DNA of 63,265 nt, counting the filler, from Octopus bimaculoides (lineage: Eukaryota), in assembly GCF_001194135.2 (NCBI RefSeq). It is 5 parts of 5 records of this genome, joined end to end, with 100 filler letters (N's around TTAATTAATTAA, not from the genome) between each part and the next. Parts side by side here need not be neighbours in the genome. Positions count along the whole stretch, not along the records: positions 7,880 to 30,763 come from NC_068986.1; positions 30,864 to 41,441 come from NC_069000.1; 3 more parts are not named here. One strand, 5' to 3'. The first letter of the stretch is position 1. Each line of letters starts with the position of its first letter. Shown here one piece after another: positions 26,605-39,180 of this stretch. Under the pieces are notes generated by a model, which worked only from the letters and a program-made list of their open reading frames with translations, had not been told where the DNA came from and ran no database searches. The position numbers and the translations under genes were made by a program.

Positions 26605-27620
26605 ACAAGCAGAATGCCATAAAGGACATTGAACGGGGAGCTACAAAAATCCACGGGTATTTGAGGGTGATGGAATCAAACCTTCAACAGCGAGGGAAAG
26701 GATCAGAAAATAATATTAACACAGGTTAAGAGCAATACTCAAGACAGAGCTGAATGTAAGAAGCAGGATCAAGGCGATCACTATTTTAACCATACAAGCC
26801 GTGACTTACTGTTTCAATATCATTAACTGGTCAAATATTGAAATATGTAATCTTGACAGAAACATACGAAAATTGTTAACAATGTATAGAATGCACCACC
26901 CTTAGGTTAATATAGATCGAATTTACCTGACAAGAAAAGAAGGTCACCATGGACTTTCACAGCTGGAATTAAGAATGAAACTTCCCACAACTGGCTTAAA
27001 AACCTACCTGAAAAACTCTGATGACTGGATGTTAAAACTTGTCTTAAAGCCTGAAAACCAGAATGCATCATAATTAGTAAGGAAACACGCAAAGGAATAT
27101 CTAAGTGAATTCCCAATACAACAAATCCCAGAATTATATGTATTGGAAAAAAGCACAGAAAAAGCTAAGCGTATAAAAACCCGTGCTAAAACTGCTGCCT
27201 TAGATATTCTTACAGATAAATGGCAAGAAAAAAACTCTCAATAGGAAATACCCAAAGAGAGATACTAATGCCGATGTTGACGAAGCCTTTACTCATCAAT
27301 GATTACTGTCTTCTGGCTTATAATCAAAAATAGTTTTGCCATAGCAGCCCAACATCAATGATTGCCTACAAGTAGCTACCAGGCCAATATATTAAAAAAG
27401 GCAGATGCCTAGCATGTAGTTTATGTCAATAACAAAATTAAATCATTTATCATGCTGTATCTATGTGCAATCTTCTGACGCCTACATAGTTTCTCAACAG
27501 GCATGATGAGCAGCACAATATTTTCACTGGGTCATTTACAAAAACCTGGACCTGTCCTATGATAAAAAACTGGTGGGAACACAAACCACTTCCAATACTT
27601 CAAAATGATCCCATCTCACT
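26605..27620 (+). mobile_element. R4/Dong-like LINE fragment (late RT, thumb, CCHC region), degenerate
   Basis: Translates as FEGDGIK, AILKTELN..SRIKAI, YCFNIINW, LDRNIRKLLTMYRMHHP*..DRIYLTRKEG, WQEK, NADVDEAFTHQ*LLSSGL, and WWEHKPLPILQND. Confidence 0.85.
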
Positions 27621-27740
27621 TGACTGGTACTTAATTTATCGATCCTGAAACAATGAAAAGCAAAGTCGACCTCGGCGGAATTTGAAATATCACTCAAGCC
27701 TCACTCGGCATGGTAACAATTTTGCCAGCTCGCCGGCGCT
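27620..27740 (-). mobile_element. SINE family 1 fragment at the end of the Dong-like fragment
   Basis: ACTGGTACTTAATTTATCGATCC...GTCGACCTCGGCGGAATTTGAA...TGCCAGCTCGCCG. Confidence 0.75.
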
Positions 27741-28204
27741 AATAAATAATAATAACAATAACAAAAATAATAATAATAATGATGATGATGATGATGATGA
27801 TAATGATGATGATTATAATAACTAAAATACTATGACTGCTGCTGCTGCCGCTATTAGAGCTGCTACTACTAACAAAAATAATAATAAATATATACACAAA
27901 ATCTGATTTTGCAAAACACATGTAAAATGGAAAATAAACATTAAAAAAATGGGACAAGGCACGCCGTTTTCTGTAAGATGGCAGGTGACAAGAAAAAAAA
28001 AAGTATTTTATTGTTTTGGGCGAAAGCAATTTGACGCAGATAATTGAATTTAACAAGAAATTGTATTATTAGTACTGGTTCTCTCTGTTGTTATTGTAGT
28101 TTTCGTCTTTTGGTTTAGTACATTGTTATGAATTTGTCTTTCTATTTGACATTTTCTAGTAGTTCACAATTCGAATCATTAATGTTATCATTAATAAAGC
28201 AATA

Positions 28205-28276
28205 GTGATGAAGGTGATGTTGCTGTTGCTGCTGCAGCTGCTGCTGCTGATGACGATGATGATGAGGATGATGTTG

Positions 28277-28314
<38 letters not shown>

Positions 28315-28329
28315 AATAACAATAATTAC

Positions 28330-28372
<43 letters not shown>

Positions 28373-28395
28373 GCAACAACAACAACAACAGCAAC

Positions 28396-28435
<40 letters not shown>

Positions 28436-28465
28436 GCAACAACAACAACAACAGCAACAATAATA
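28205..28465. repeat. Compound trinucleotide array with a 63-bp higher-order unit
   Basis: (GCT)(GAT)n, then units AACAGCAACAACAACAACAACAGCAAC(AAT)12 starting at 28369 and 28432. Confidence 0.85.
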
Positions 28466-29362
28466 NNNNNNNNNNNNNNNNNNNNNNNNNNNNNNNNNNN
28501 NNNNNNNNNNNNNNNNNNNNNNNNNNNNNNNNNNNNNNNNNNNNNNNNNNNNNNNNNNNNNNNNNNNNNNNNNNNNNNNNNNNNNNNNNNNNNNNNNNNN
28601 NNNNNNNNNNNNNNNNNNNNNNNNNNNNNNNNNNNNNNNNNNNNNNNNNNNNNNNNNNNNNNNNNNNNNNNNNNNNNNNNNNNNNNNNNNNNNNNNNNNN
28701 NNNNNNNNNNNNNNNNNNNNNNNNNNNNNNNNNNNNNNNNNNNNNNNNNNNNNNNNNNNNNNNNNNNNNNNNNNNNNNNNNNNNNNNNNNNNNNNNNNNN
28801 NNNNNNNNNNNNNNNNNNNNNNNNNNNNNNNNNNNNNNNNNNNNNNNNNNNNNNNNNNNNNNNNNNNNNNNNNNNNNNNNNNNNNNNNNNNNNNNNNNNN
28901 NNNNNNNNNNNNNNNNNNNNNNNNNNNNNNNNNNNNNNNNNNNNNNNNNNNNNNNNNNNNNNNNNNNNNNNNNNNNNNNNNNNNNNNNNNNNNNNNNNNN
29001 NNNNNNNNNNNNNNNNNNNNNNNNNNNNNNNNNNNNNNNNNNNNNNNNNNNNNNNNNNNNNNNNNNNNNNNNNNNNNNNNNNNNNNNNNNNNNNNNNNNN
29101 NNNNNNNNNNNNNNNNNNNNNNNNNNNNNNNNNNNNNNNNNNNNNNNNNNNNNNNNNNNNNNNNNNNNNNNNNNNNNNNNNNNNNNNNNNNNNNNNNNNN
29201 NNNNNNNNNNNNNNNNNNNNNNNNNNNNNNNNNNNNNNNNNNNNNNNNNNNNNNNNNNNNNNNNNNNNNNNNNNNNNNNNNNNNNNNNNNNNNNNNNNNN
29301 NNNNNNNNNNNNNNNNNNNNNNNNNNNNNNNNNNNNNNNNNNNNNNNNNNNNNNNNNNNNNN

Positions 29363-29660
29363 GTGCTCATGGGAACTGCCCATATCCTACGTAAAATACT
29401 GTCTATGTGATCTCAAATTTTAAAGCAAACACATAATTTTCTTATGGTTTCTTAAACATTCACTAGAACAAAACTGTACAAATCCAAATGTATGGTACCC
29501 TAGGCATAACACCTACATGAACTTCTAACTTGTTGTCTCTTGAGGTCTCTGGGTGAGACTTGGATCCAACTTGTACAAATGCAAAACAAAAGTCAAACAT
29601 AAAATAATAATAATAATAATAACAACAACAACAATAATAATAATAATAATAATAATAATA
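29363..29660 (+). mobile_element. R4/Dong-like LINE 3' end (ORF C-terminus, 3'UTR, (AAT)n tail)
   Basis: VLMGTAHILRKILSM* matches the conserved LGTAHILRK end of R4/Dong ORFs; followed by a 3'UTR and (AAT)n. Confidence 0.8.
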
Positions 29661-29661
29661 A

Positions 29662-29877
29662 TCGTTTCAACTATAAGCACAGGGCCTGAAATATTATGGG
29701 AGAGTTTAAGTCCATTACGTCAACCCCAACGATCAAATTGTATTTAATTTATCAAACCCTAAGAGATGAAAGGTAAAGTCAACCTCCGCGGAATCTGAAC
29801 TGAGGACGTAAAGACCCACGAAATACCGCTAAGCATTTTGGTCGGCATGCTAACGATTCTGCCAGCGCACCGCCTTA
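29662..29877 (-). mobile_element. SINE family 1, tail-to-tail with the Dong-like 3' end
   Basis: GAAATACCGCTAAGCATTTTGGTCGGCATGCTAACGATTCTGCCAGCGCACCGCCTT head. Confidence 0.8.
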
Positions 29878-30060
29878 ACAACAACAAGAACAATAAGGGA
29901 GAGGTCACCATGTCACGTGCATTATTGTGATGCATGTGTCTGGTGTACTCTTAACAGACAAGTAGTCATGATGGGTATACTGGGCTTCGTATATTGTACC
30001 CCTGTGTCACTTTGATGGCATGCACTGCTCTCCCACTCAATAATAGTAGAAGTATTCTTC

Positions 30061-30158
<98 letters not shown>

Positions 30159-30201
30159 TTATTATTATTANNNNNNNNNNTCATCATCATCGTCATCATC
30201 G

Positions 30202-30232
<31 letters not shown>

Positions 30233-30763
30233 TAGTAGTAGTAGTAACCGCAGCAGCAGCAGCAGTAGTAGTAGTAGTCGTAGTAGTAGTAGTAGTAGCA
30301 CTTTTAAATTTAGGCACAGTGCCAGAAAAATTATAGGAGTTAACATTAAGTCGATAAGATTCATTTCAGTGCTCTAACCTGCAAGGATGAAAGCCAGAGT
30401 TGACCTCCGCAGAATTTGAACTTGGAACGTCGAGAGCCGCAAGAAATTCATCTAAGAATCTTGTCAAATTTTGTAATGATTCTGAACGCGCAGCATGATA
30501 TTACTAACTAACGGGACCCGGGATCATTTCACGGAATTAATGAATTTTGCACAGAATTGCACTTATGATGCGCATGCGTTAAGTGTTAGGTGATATAAAA
30601 ATACTTCAATCAAAAACAAAATATAATTTTCACAGTAAAATTACCATCACGACAACTTCCACCTCAAAAGCCACTACTACCGGTCTCCACAAAAACGACG
30701 AACACCATCATCAACTCTCTCTCTCCCTCTCCCCTCTCTCCCTCTCCCATCTCTCCGCTCTCC

Positions 30764-30863
30764 NNNNNNNNNNNNNNNNNNNNNNNNNNNNNNNNNNNNN
30801 NNNNNNNTTAATTAATTAANNNNNNNNNNNNNNNNNNNNNNNNNNNNNNNNNNNNNNNNNNNN
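30764..30863. other. Artificial scaffold linker
   Basis: TTAATTAATTAA at 30808-30819 between N44 blocks. Confidence 0.95.
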
Positions 30864-30929
30864 GCAGATTTTCGATTTTGCATGAGCCCAATCGTTTCTG
30901 AAAAAAAAAAAGTCACCCTGCTAAAGTTA

Positions 30930-31200
30930 TCTTCGCTATTCCTATCAATTCTCAGACCCTATCCAAACCAGATCTTGAGCAACATGACTAGGTCTCTCAA
31001 TGCGATAGATATCTCAAGGCATCTGCCTCTCGACGTGACGGGTTGTAAGCCCACCGTCTCGTCCCGATTGATGCGTGTTCCCATCCAGTAAAACTCAGGC
31101 TGTTCTTCCTGTATAGTAACCACTAATTCAATTTCGAAATGCAGTCAGCGAGACAGGAAGGCCATCGACAAAGCAGACACAAATCTTTCTCTGATTCAAT
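30930..31200 (-). mobile_element. Probable Tx1-clade LINE RT fragment
   Basis: Minus translation IELVVT...TRINRDETVGLQ...LLKIWFG resembles the late-RT pattern GAKINxxKSVGL...LLGVWFG. Confidence 0.4.
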
Positions 31201-33351
31201 TCGACTGGGATCTTTGTCGAAGTCTCCATTCATTGCCAGAAAGAAACAAAGGTCGAGTCATCTGAAGAACTGAGCGTTTAATGCGAAACACTTTGTTTTG
31301 TTGATATAAAAAAAGTAGCAACGTCAAAGAAAAAATAATTTTAAAAGCTTCAGAAAGGTTTCGTTATTTTTAATATGGAGACTCTTCTGTCTCCGAAATC
31401 TAAGTTAGAAGAGAAAGAACAACTGCAGCAGAAATAACAACTACACAGGCCCTGGCTGTTGCCCTCTTGTTCGTCGTCTTACTTGGGGTCATTTACGGGG
31501 ACTGAACCGAGCCAAGCTTTTATAGAAAGACAAGAAACCAAGGAAAACAAAGTAAAGATGTTTTGGATAGCATATCGAAAAGCCTTTTGCATAGTTTTAA
31601 ACACTGGAGACAACCTACATTATTAAATGGCCCTTAGTACTGACAAAATATATCCTCCATGCAACTAAAAATAGCAATATCCTTAAAAGGCAAATCTCTG
31701 TGCCATTAATGAAGTTAGGATATAGTGATGACTTCGTATTGATGTTGCATTAATCAGTTATCATCGTGATTGAAACTGATGTCTCGTGTATAATTACTTT
31801 TGAAATGATTCTCAACCTGTAACATGTGGAAGGTCGTTTTGTTATACGCTATACTAAACAGTTCGACGACAGGGTCCATTCTCCTGGCACTGTGGTGGCT
31901 TATATGATTCAATGAAGATGGGACCTATGTCACCGGCGTGGAAACTCCTCCTAATTGGGCCTCCCATGCTGGACAGATAAAGAGCTAGAGACCAGACTAA
32001 TATGGACACATTTTCCCAGAGCTAAAAATGGGTTTGCGTAGGGGCAACACGCCTACTTATAAAAAACAAAGCAAAATTATAGAAACATGAACGACAATTT
32101 AAAACTAACGATCCGGGGAGAGACAGGACTTCCTTCGGGGAAATATGATGTGGTGCAGCAAAATCCGAAAGAAAGCTGGAAGTAAAAGTTGGCATCCAGC
32201 TGCAGATAAGCGGAAATAATAAAAGCAGAGTTAAAAACGGCGGAGAAAATCTTCATCGATGGCCTACCCTACATGAGGAACAAAATAAGTAAATAAACAA
32301 GTAAAGGCAATTAAATCATGATATATTTTCTTTTCCTTATAGCAAAGAAATATGTAAAAAGACTCCTTAACCTATCTCATGGTCTTAGAGGAAAAATGGG
32401 AAAGGCGTTGCCCCGGAAAGATGGTGAGGGAGAAGCGTTGGAACAGAACTCGAGATTCTGGAGAACTATCTCTGTTCCGATAGTAAATTCGAAAATAGGC
32501 AGAACTATTTCAGGTCGTGTCGAGTGATTTAGAAAGTATACACGAATCGAACCAAAAGCAAGTAAGGAAGGAAGTATGCGCCACCGTCCGTACATCCCAG
32601 TCACACTACAAACTCTGAACCAATGCAGAAACAGACACTTAAACACATTAAATAATAACCATGGAGTTACAAAACACATGCAACCACACCATGCAATAAA
32701 ATGATAACACCGCACGCACTTTACACATTTTCTACTCAGCGGATTAAATATTCAAAGCGCACCAAAATCCAAAACGCAATCCTTCATGTTAATACAAAAT
32801 TGATGCCATAAAAACAAAAAACAAAAAAAAAACACGTTTCTCCGTTTTCAAAACATAACGCTTCCCACATTTCAAAAGCACTATGATGTGACTGATAATG
32901 GAATACCAGAAAAAATGTTTGCAGTAAACTGTTAAAAACCTAATAATGGGGAAGATTTCTCTTGCTGTAGTAGTTGTTATTGGTTATATCTTGTTGCTGT
33001 TGTTGTTGCAGTACCTGTTGTACTTCTTATTCTTGTTTCAGCGTTAATTTTGTTTTTTAATTTCTTTTCATTCATTTATTTCTGTATTCTTTTGACATCA
33101 AGTGACTCGATAATGATAGGTTTAAATGAAATTACCCCAAACTTCTTCCCCACCTTCCTGAAAAAAAAAAAAATAATAATAATATACGCCAAAATCAAAC
33201 GGAAATAAAAAGAGATATTTAATTCGAGATTTCACGAGATAAATGTTCTCTTTTAAACTATTGATAGAGAAAGAAATAAAATGCCAATGAAACAATATTT
33301 GAAAAAAGTAAACGCTATGTGTGCGCGAATGCATGCATGCACGTATGTATG

Positions 33352-33385
<34 letters not shown>

Positions 33386-34143
33386 TGTATGTATGTATGT
33401 TTGTATATATACATATACACACATACACATATATCTATACATGTAAACATAAGTATATACATTTTTCCCCACACACACATATATAAATANNNNNNNNNNN
33501 NNNNNNNNNNNNNNNNNNNNNNNNNNNNNNNNNNNNNNNNNNNNNNNNNNNNNNNNNNNNNNNNNNNNNNNNNNNNNNNNNNNNNNNNNNNNNNNNNNNN
33601 NNNNNNNNNNNNNNNNNNNNNNNNNNNNNNNNNNNNNNNNNNNNNNNNNNNNNNNNNNNNNNNNNNNNNNNNNNNNNNNNNNNNNNNNNNNNNNNNNNNN
33701 NNNNNNNNNNNNNNNNNNNNNNNNNNNNNNNNNNNNNNNNNNNNNNNNNNNNNNNNNNNNNNNNNNNNNNNNNNNNNNNNNNNNNNNNNNNNNNNNNNNN
33801 NNNNNNNNNNNNNNNNNNNNNNNNNNNNNNNNNNNNNNNNNNNNNNNNNNNNNNNNNNNTATACGCACATATATCGAAAGCAGAATAATAAGTGAAAAAA
33901 TAGTTTAGGACTCAGATCTGTCATATAGCTTATAGGTGATCGATGCGTGATTGCTGATGTGGTAGGATATCAAGATATCTGTATGTGTGTGTGTGTGTAT
34001 GTGTGTTTGAGCATGTGTGTGAGTGGATGAATCTGTGACATTGCGTAAAAGCGTATGTGTTAGTAAGGATGTATATATATATACATATATACATATATAC
34101 ACATATACTTACATACATACATACATACATATATATATATATT

Positions 34144-34179
<36 letters not shown>

Positions 34180-35780
34180 NNNNNNNNNNNNNNNNNNNNN
34201 NNNNNNNNNNNNNNNNNNNNNNNNNNNNNNNNNNNNNNNNNNNNNNNNNNNNNNNNNNNNNNNNNNNNNNNNNNNNNNNNNNNNNNNNNNNNNNNNNNNN
34301 NNNNNNNNNNNNNNNNNNNNNNNNNNNNNNNNNNNNNNNNNNNNNNNNNNNNNNNNNNNNNNNNNNNNNNNNNNNNNNNNNNNNNNNNNNNNNNNNNNNN
34401 NNNNNNNNNNNNNNNNNNNNNNNNNNNNNNNNNNNNNNNNNNNNNNNNNNNNNNNNNNNNNNNNNNNNNNNNNNNNNNNNNNNNNNNNNNNNNNNNNNNN
34501 NNNNNNNNNNNNNNNNNNNNNNNNNNNNNNNNNNNNNNNNNNNNNNNNNNNNNNNNNNNNNNNNNNNNNNNNNNNNNNNNNNNNNNNNNNNNNNNNNNNN
34601 NNNNNNNNNNNNNNNNNNNNNNNNNNNNNNNNNNNNNNNNNNNNNNNNNNNNNNNNNNNNNNNNNNNNNNNNNNNNNNNNNNNNNNNNNNNNNNNNNNNN
34701 NNNNNNNNNNNNNNNNNNNNNNNNNNNNNNNNNNNNNNNNNNNNNNNNNNNNNNNNNNNNNNNNNNNNNNNNNNNNNNNNNNNNNNNNNNNNNNNNNNNN
34801 NNNNNNNNNNNNNNNNNNNNNNNNNNNNNNNNNNNNNNNNNNNNNNNNNNNNNNNNNNNNNNNNNNNNNNNNNNNNNNNNNNNNNNNNNNNNNNNNNNNN
34901 NNNNNNNNNNNNNNNNNNNNNNNNNNNNNNNNNNNNNNNNNNNNNNNNNNNNNNNNNNNNNNNNNNNNNNNNNNNNNNNNNNNNNNNNNNNNNNNNNNNN
35001 NNNNNNNNNNNNNNNNNNNNNNNNNNNNNNNNNNNNNNNNNNNNNNNNNNNNNNNNNNNNNNNNNNNNNNNNNNNNNNNNNNNNNTACATACATACATAC
35101 ATATATATATATATTTATATACATATATATACATATACAAACAAGCACACACACCACGCACAGCACACACATACACACACGTACAAACACCTACACAAGC
35201 ACACGAACACACATACACGTGCTCTCATGTATACATCACACACATGCCTCTGCCGTCTAATTATAAATGCTACTTTCACTCCACTTAAGTTCGACATTCG
35301 ACTCTATTTATTTTCTTCTAATTTTAAAGGTCACAATAGTCCAACATGTATTCATCGCAACTAACACTAATAAAAGATTACAAAAAAAGCTATTTTCCAG
35401 AAATATCATACTAAATAGTCGTCTTCATATATTTTTCAAATCATTGATATATTTTTTATTATATCTTAGATGTTGTTTTGTTAATATTTTTAAAGTATTA
35501 GTTTTTTTTTATTGTTGCTTCATTATGAATTCAATAAGTAAAATATTTCAGTTTTCTTATTATACAGAAGACAATAGGTTTTCTTTTCTGCCTTGCTCGT
35601 CTGATGATGTTTACACACAAACACACACACACACACGCACACACATGTAAGCATACACAAACACAAACACACATACACACAAACACACACACAGACGCAC
35701 GCACACAAACACAAAAGCATACAAATACAATCACACACACAAACACACACACACACACACATACACGCACGCACACACAC

Positions 35781-36020
35781 GAAGGCGTGTGGCTTAGTAG
35801 CTAGAGACGTTCGACACGACCGTTAAAACATGAGTTCGATTCCCGGTTTATTTCCTTGAGCATGACACTTCATTTCACCTTCCTCGAGTCGACTCAGGCC
35901 TCAAAATGAATTGTATCGGTTATTCAAAGTTCCAGCTTTGTCACATGTTCTGTCACGCTGAATCTCCGTGAGAACTAAGTTAAGGGTTCAGCAAATTGCA
36001 CGTCGCAACTGACGGAGGAT
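35781..36020 (+). mobile_element. tRNA-derived, CORE-like SINE, diverged
   Basis: GGCGTGTGGCTTAGT...GAGTTCGATTCCCGG head, CCTTGAGCATGACACTTCATTTCAC CORE-like segment, and a tail shared with the SINE at 24934 (TGTCACGCTGAATCTCC..GAGAACTA). Confidence 0.65.
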
Positions 36021-37004
36021 CAGTATTTGTATGTAAATGTATGTGTATTATATACATGTTTGCTTTCTTCAACGATAACCTGAAAATAAATGAAATACAG
36101 AGTGCCACAGGTATTTGTGGACATATTTTTTAACTGTTGTATAGTGAAATTAATTGTTGTATAATGTAAATTTATATTCTGGTTATAAAATCTCTAAGTT
36201 TCAAAGTACTTATATGCTGTTATCTTTGTTTTCAAAAGTTTTATTCGTGCCAATGGAGCAGTTGATTGTTATCACTGTACATATGTTCTTGTCTGTCCCA
36301 AACAACGACATTCGGCTTATATTTGGACTGGTTAAATGTTTTGCAGGGAATGTTCTACCAATGTTTTTTGTGTAGTTGTTTATGTATGCTTTCAATAGAA
36401 GGATTCTCAACATTTTTCACAGGACAAACTGTTTTACAGATGACTTTATATAATTCTTAGCGACAACGTTGTGTTGTATTGAGAGGTAGCACCTCAATGA
36501 AACACTTAGGCAGCGGCTAATCACATATGTGATGTTTTCTGCAGAAATATATTATAATCTACAGTTTCGGTTGCATTTTGGGGGATCCTACGATCTCACT
36601 ATCTCTTTTGTTTATTAGGTATTTTGCAGCAATCTCTTGTTCTTGAATCGCAAAAGCATAGCCTAAGAAAAGCTATGTGAGTCCAAGAGAAGCTGGAATT
36701 CATGTTGATAATATTTTCGTCTCCATATTATCGGGGAACATACCCATGCGCAGTCTTTTTTTTTCTCGTTGCTTATGGGGAATGTTTCATATCCAGATCT
36801 TCTTTGATGTATGTTTGTCCAGCTGTTTTGGAATTGTATGGTGTGCCGTATGAGAAAATAATTGTACGTCTGTATATACATGTACACACCTACACTTTTT
36901 TTTAAACTTCGGAAATATAATTTGAACAGAAACAACGGCAAATACACACATATAAATATATTTATACATACTTACATATACATATATAAATATATATATG
37001 TAAT

Positions 37005-37059
<55 letters not shown>

Positions 37060-37084
37060 ATGTATATATATATATATGATTGAC

Positions 37085-37260
37085 CGTTGACTGAACACTA
37101 TTCAATTTTTTTTCTCCGTGTTTTTCTCCTTGTCTCCGTATTCTTTCTGTTGAAGAGCGTAGCTCGAAACGTCAAAGACTTTCCGTATTCCCGAGCGTCA
37201 TACTAATATATACTTTTGTTATTTACACCACCTGTCCTCGTCTGTTGTTATTATTTGTAT
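37085..37260 (+). mobile_element. Penelope-like terminal (pLTR) fragment carrying a minimal hammerhead-like motif
   Basis: TCTTT-CTGTTGA-A-GAGC-GTA-GCTC-GAAAC-GTC-AAAGA at 37142-37178. A possible GIY-YIG remnant lies at 36200-36560 on the minus strand. Confidence 0.55.
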
Positions 37261-38525
37261 ATTCTCCCATATATATATATATCTATATATATCATACACA
37301 AATTCACACACACACACACACATACATACATTCACTCACTGTTTACACACTAAGCGTATTTGAAGAGGACGTCTTCTACACAGTTTTATTAAATAAGTTT
37401 CAAGGCGATGATTTTTTTTTTCTACTCGCAGACTAATGTCTTCTCATCCATCAATGACATTACCGTTGAGAATGATGGAATTACGTAGCGAGGTTTTTGT
37501 CTGAACTTTAAACGGAAGCTGGTAGTAGTGTGAACTTTGAAACTTTTGTCTGTAGCATGGAGCTGGGCGGGCGGTGTGTGGATTAAGTATTATGTTAAAA
37601 AAACATGAAATTTTAGTTCGAATACTATTGCACGTTTTCGTAATTGCTCTAAAATGTAGTTATCTATCTTATCGGTAGGTTTTGACCTTGCTTTTGTTGT
37701 TGGGCAGCTGCAGGTCAGCGTAGAACTAGCAGTCAATGCGTTCCGGCCCTGGTCGTTCATTACAAGGGCTGCGAAATAACAGAGTTATGCAGAGTGCGTC
37801 GGTGAGAATCCTTTGCAGTATACGTTTTCAAAATCTGCAATAGGATTTCGAATTTCGTCGTAGTCAAATTTGAACTGTATTCTTTGTGATCAATAAATAA
37901 ACAAACAGAATGTAACCATACGGCTAGATTAAGAAGAATTATGGGTAACGCTAGGAGGGAAATTCTAAAAGATTGCAAACGGAAGGGCAAAAGACAGCGA
38001 AGTAGGTTGAAGTCGAGACTAGCGAAATTACGACCGGTTATTTCAACGACATGCGTAAAAAAGGAAAGGAGAAAGAAAAATAGAAAAAAAGAGCTGACCA
38101 CGGATCACGTGCCAGTAGCGGGCAGAGGATTTCCTTCTTAGCTTTACCCATACTTCGTCTTCATCTAGCCCTAAGGCTACAATCTCCTTGTTGATTTATT
38201 TCGTTTTTGTCCATTGTCCGTTCATTGACGTTCTCGTCTTGAATTACATTTGTTCCTATTCGTATGACCATTTCTGCATTGTTTGTTTATCCATTTATTG
38301 TTTGTCTGCTCCCGGTCCCATACACCCGCCAGCTCTTGCCGGTGTCACGACAAAGATATCATTATTATCGATAAAGGCACGAAATTTCGTTTGACAATCT
38401 CGCTGGTAACTGATGAGGAATTGGGAACATTCTGTGTCTGTCTTCCTTCCTTTTGTTTATTTACTATAGGTTTTTTAATTTATTACTTAGCGAAACGCAT
38501 TACACCCTTGGTTATATAAACACAC

Positions 38526-38526
<1 letters not shown>

Positions 38527-38583
<57 letters not shown>
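38527..38583. repeat. (GATA)n microsatellite
   Basis: Perfect GATA array. Confidence 0.97.
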
Positions 38584-39148
38584 CAATATATATCAATGTA
38601 TAGGACCAGTTTCTGTCAACTAAAACTTTCTCATAAAACTTGGGTTTATCCCGTGGCTATGTTCTCCAAAGTGTAATCGAGCAGCGAAGATAGTGAATAC
38701 TAAACGAATTTATTAACCACACGGTCATGTCTGCTGCTTCAATTTACGAAATAAAATCAACGGAACTGCATTGAATGAATAAAGATACAAGAAAATTGAT
38801 TTCACGAAATGTGTTTTAAACAATTATAAAGAGCTTTAATGTATCTCTTTAGATTTTATTTGCAAATTCAATAAGTAAACAAATTAAACTGAGTGAAATT
38901 AAAAATGCATAAAAAAAAGCTTTAGAACCAGTGGCCATGACAGGATGAAAAGATAAATAAAAAGAAGAAAAACGGTAATAAAAATATCTGTGCATTTGGT
39001 GGTAACGGTGGTGGTGGTCGTCGTCGTCGCTGTTGACGGAGTAGCCGTCGTCGTCGTGTTAGTAGTGCCGATGTTGGTGATCGTGGTCTTTTTGGTGGTG
39101 GTCACGGTAGCTTTGGTAACGGTGGTCGTTGATTTGGTAGTGTTGTTG

Positions 39149-39180
<32 letters not shown>

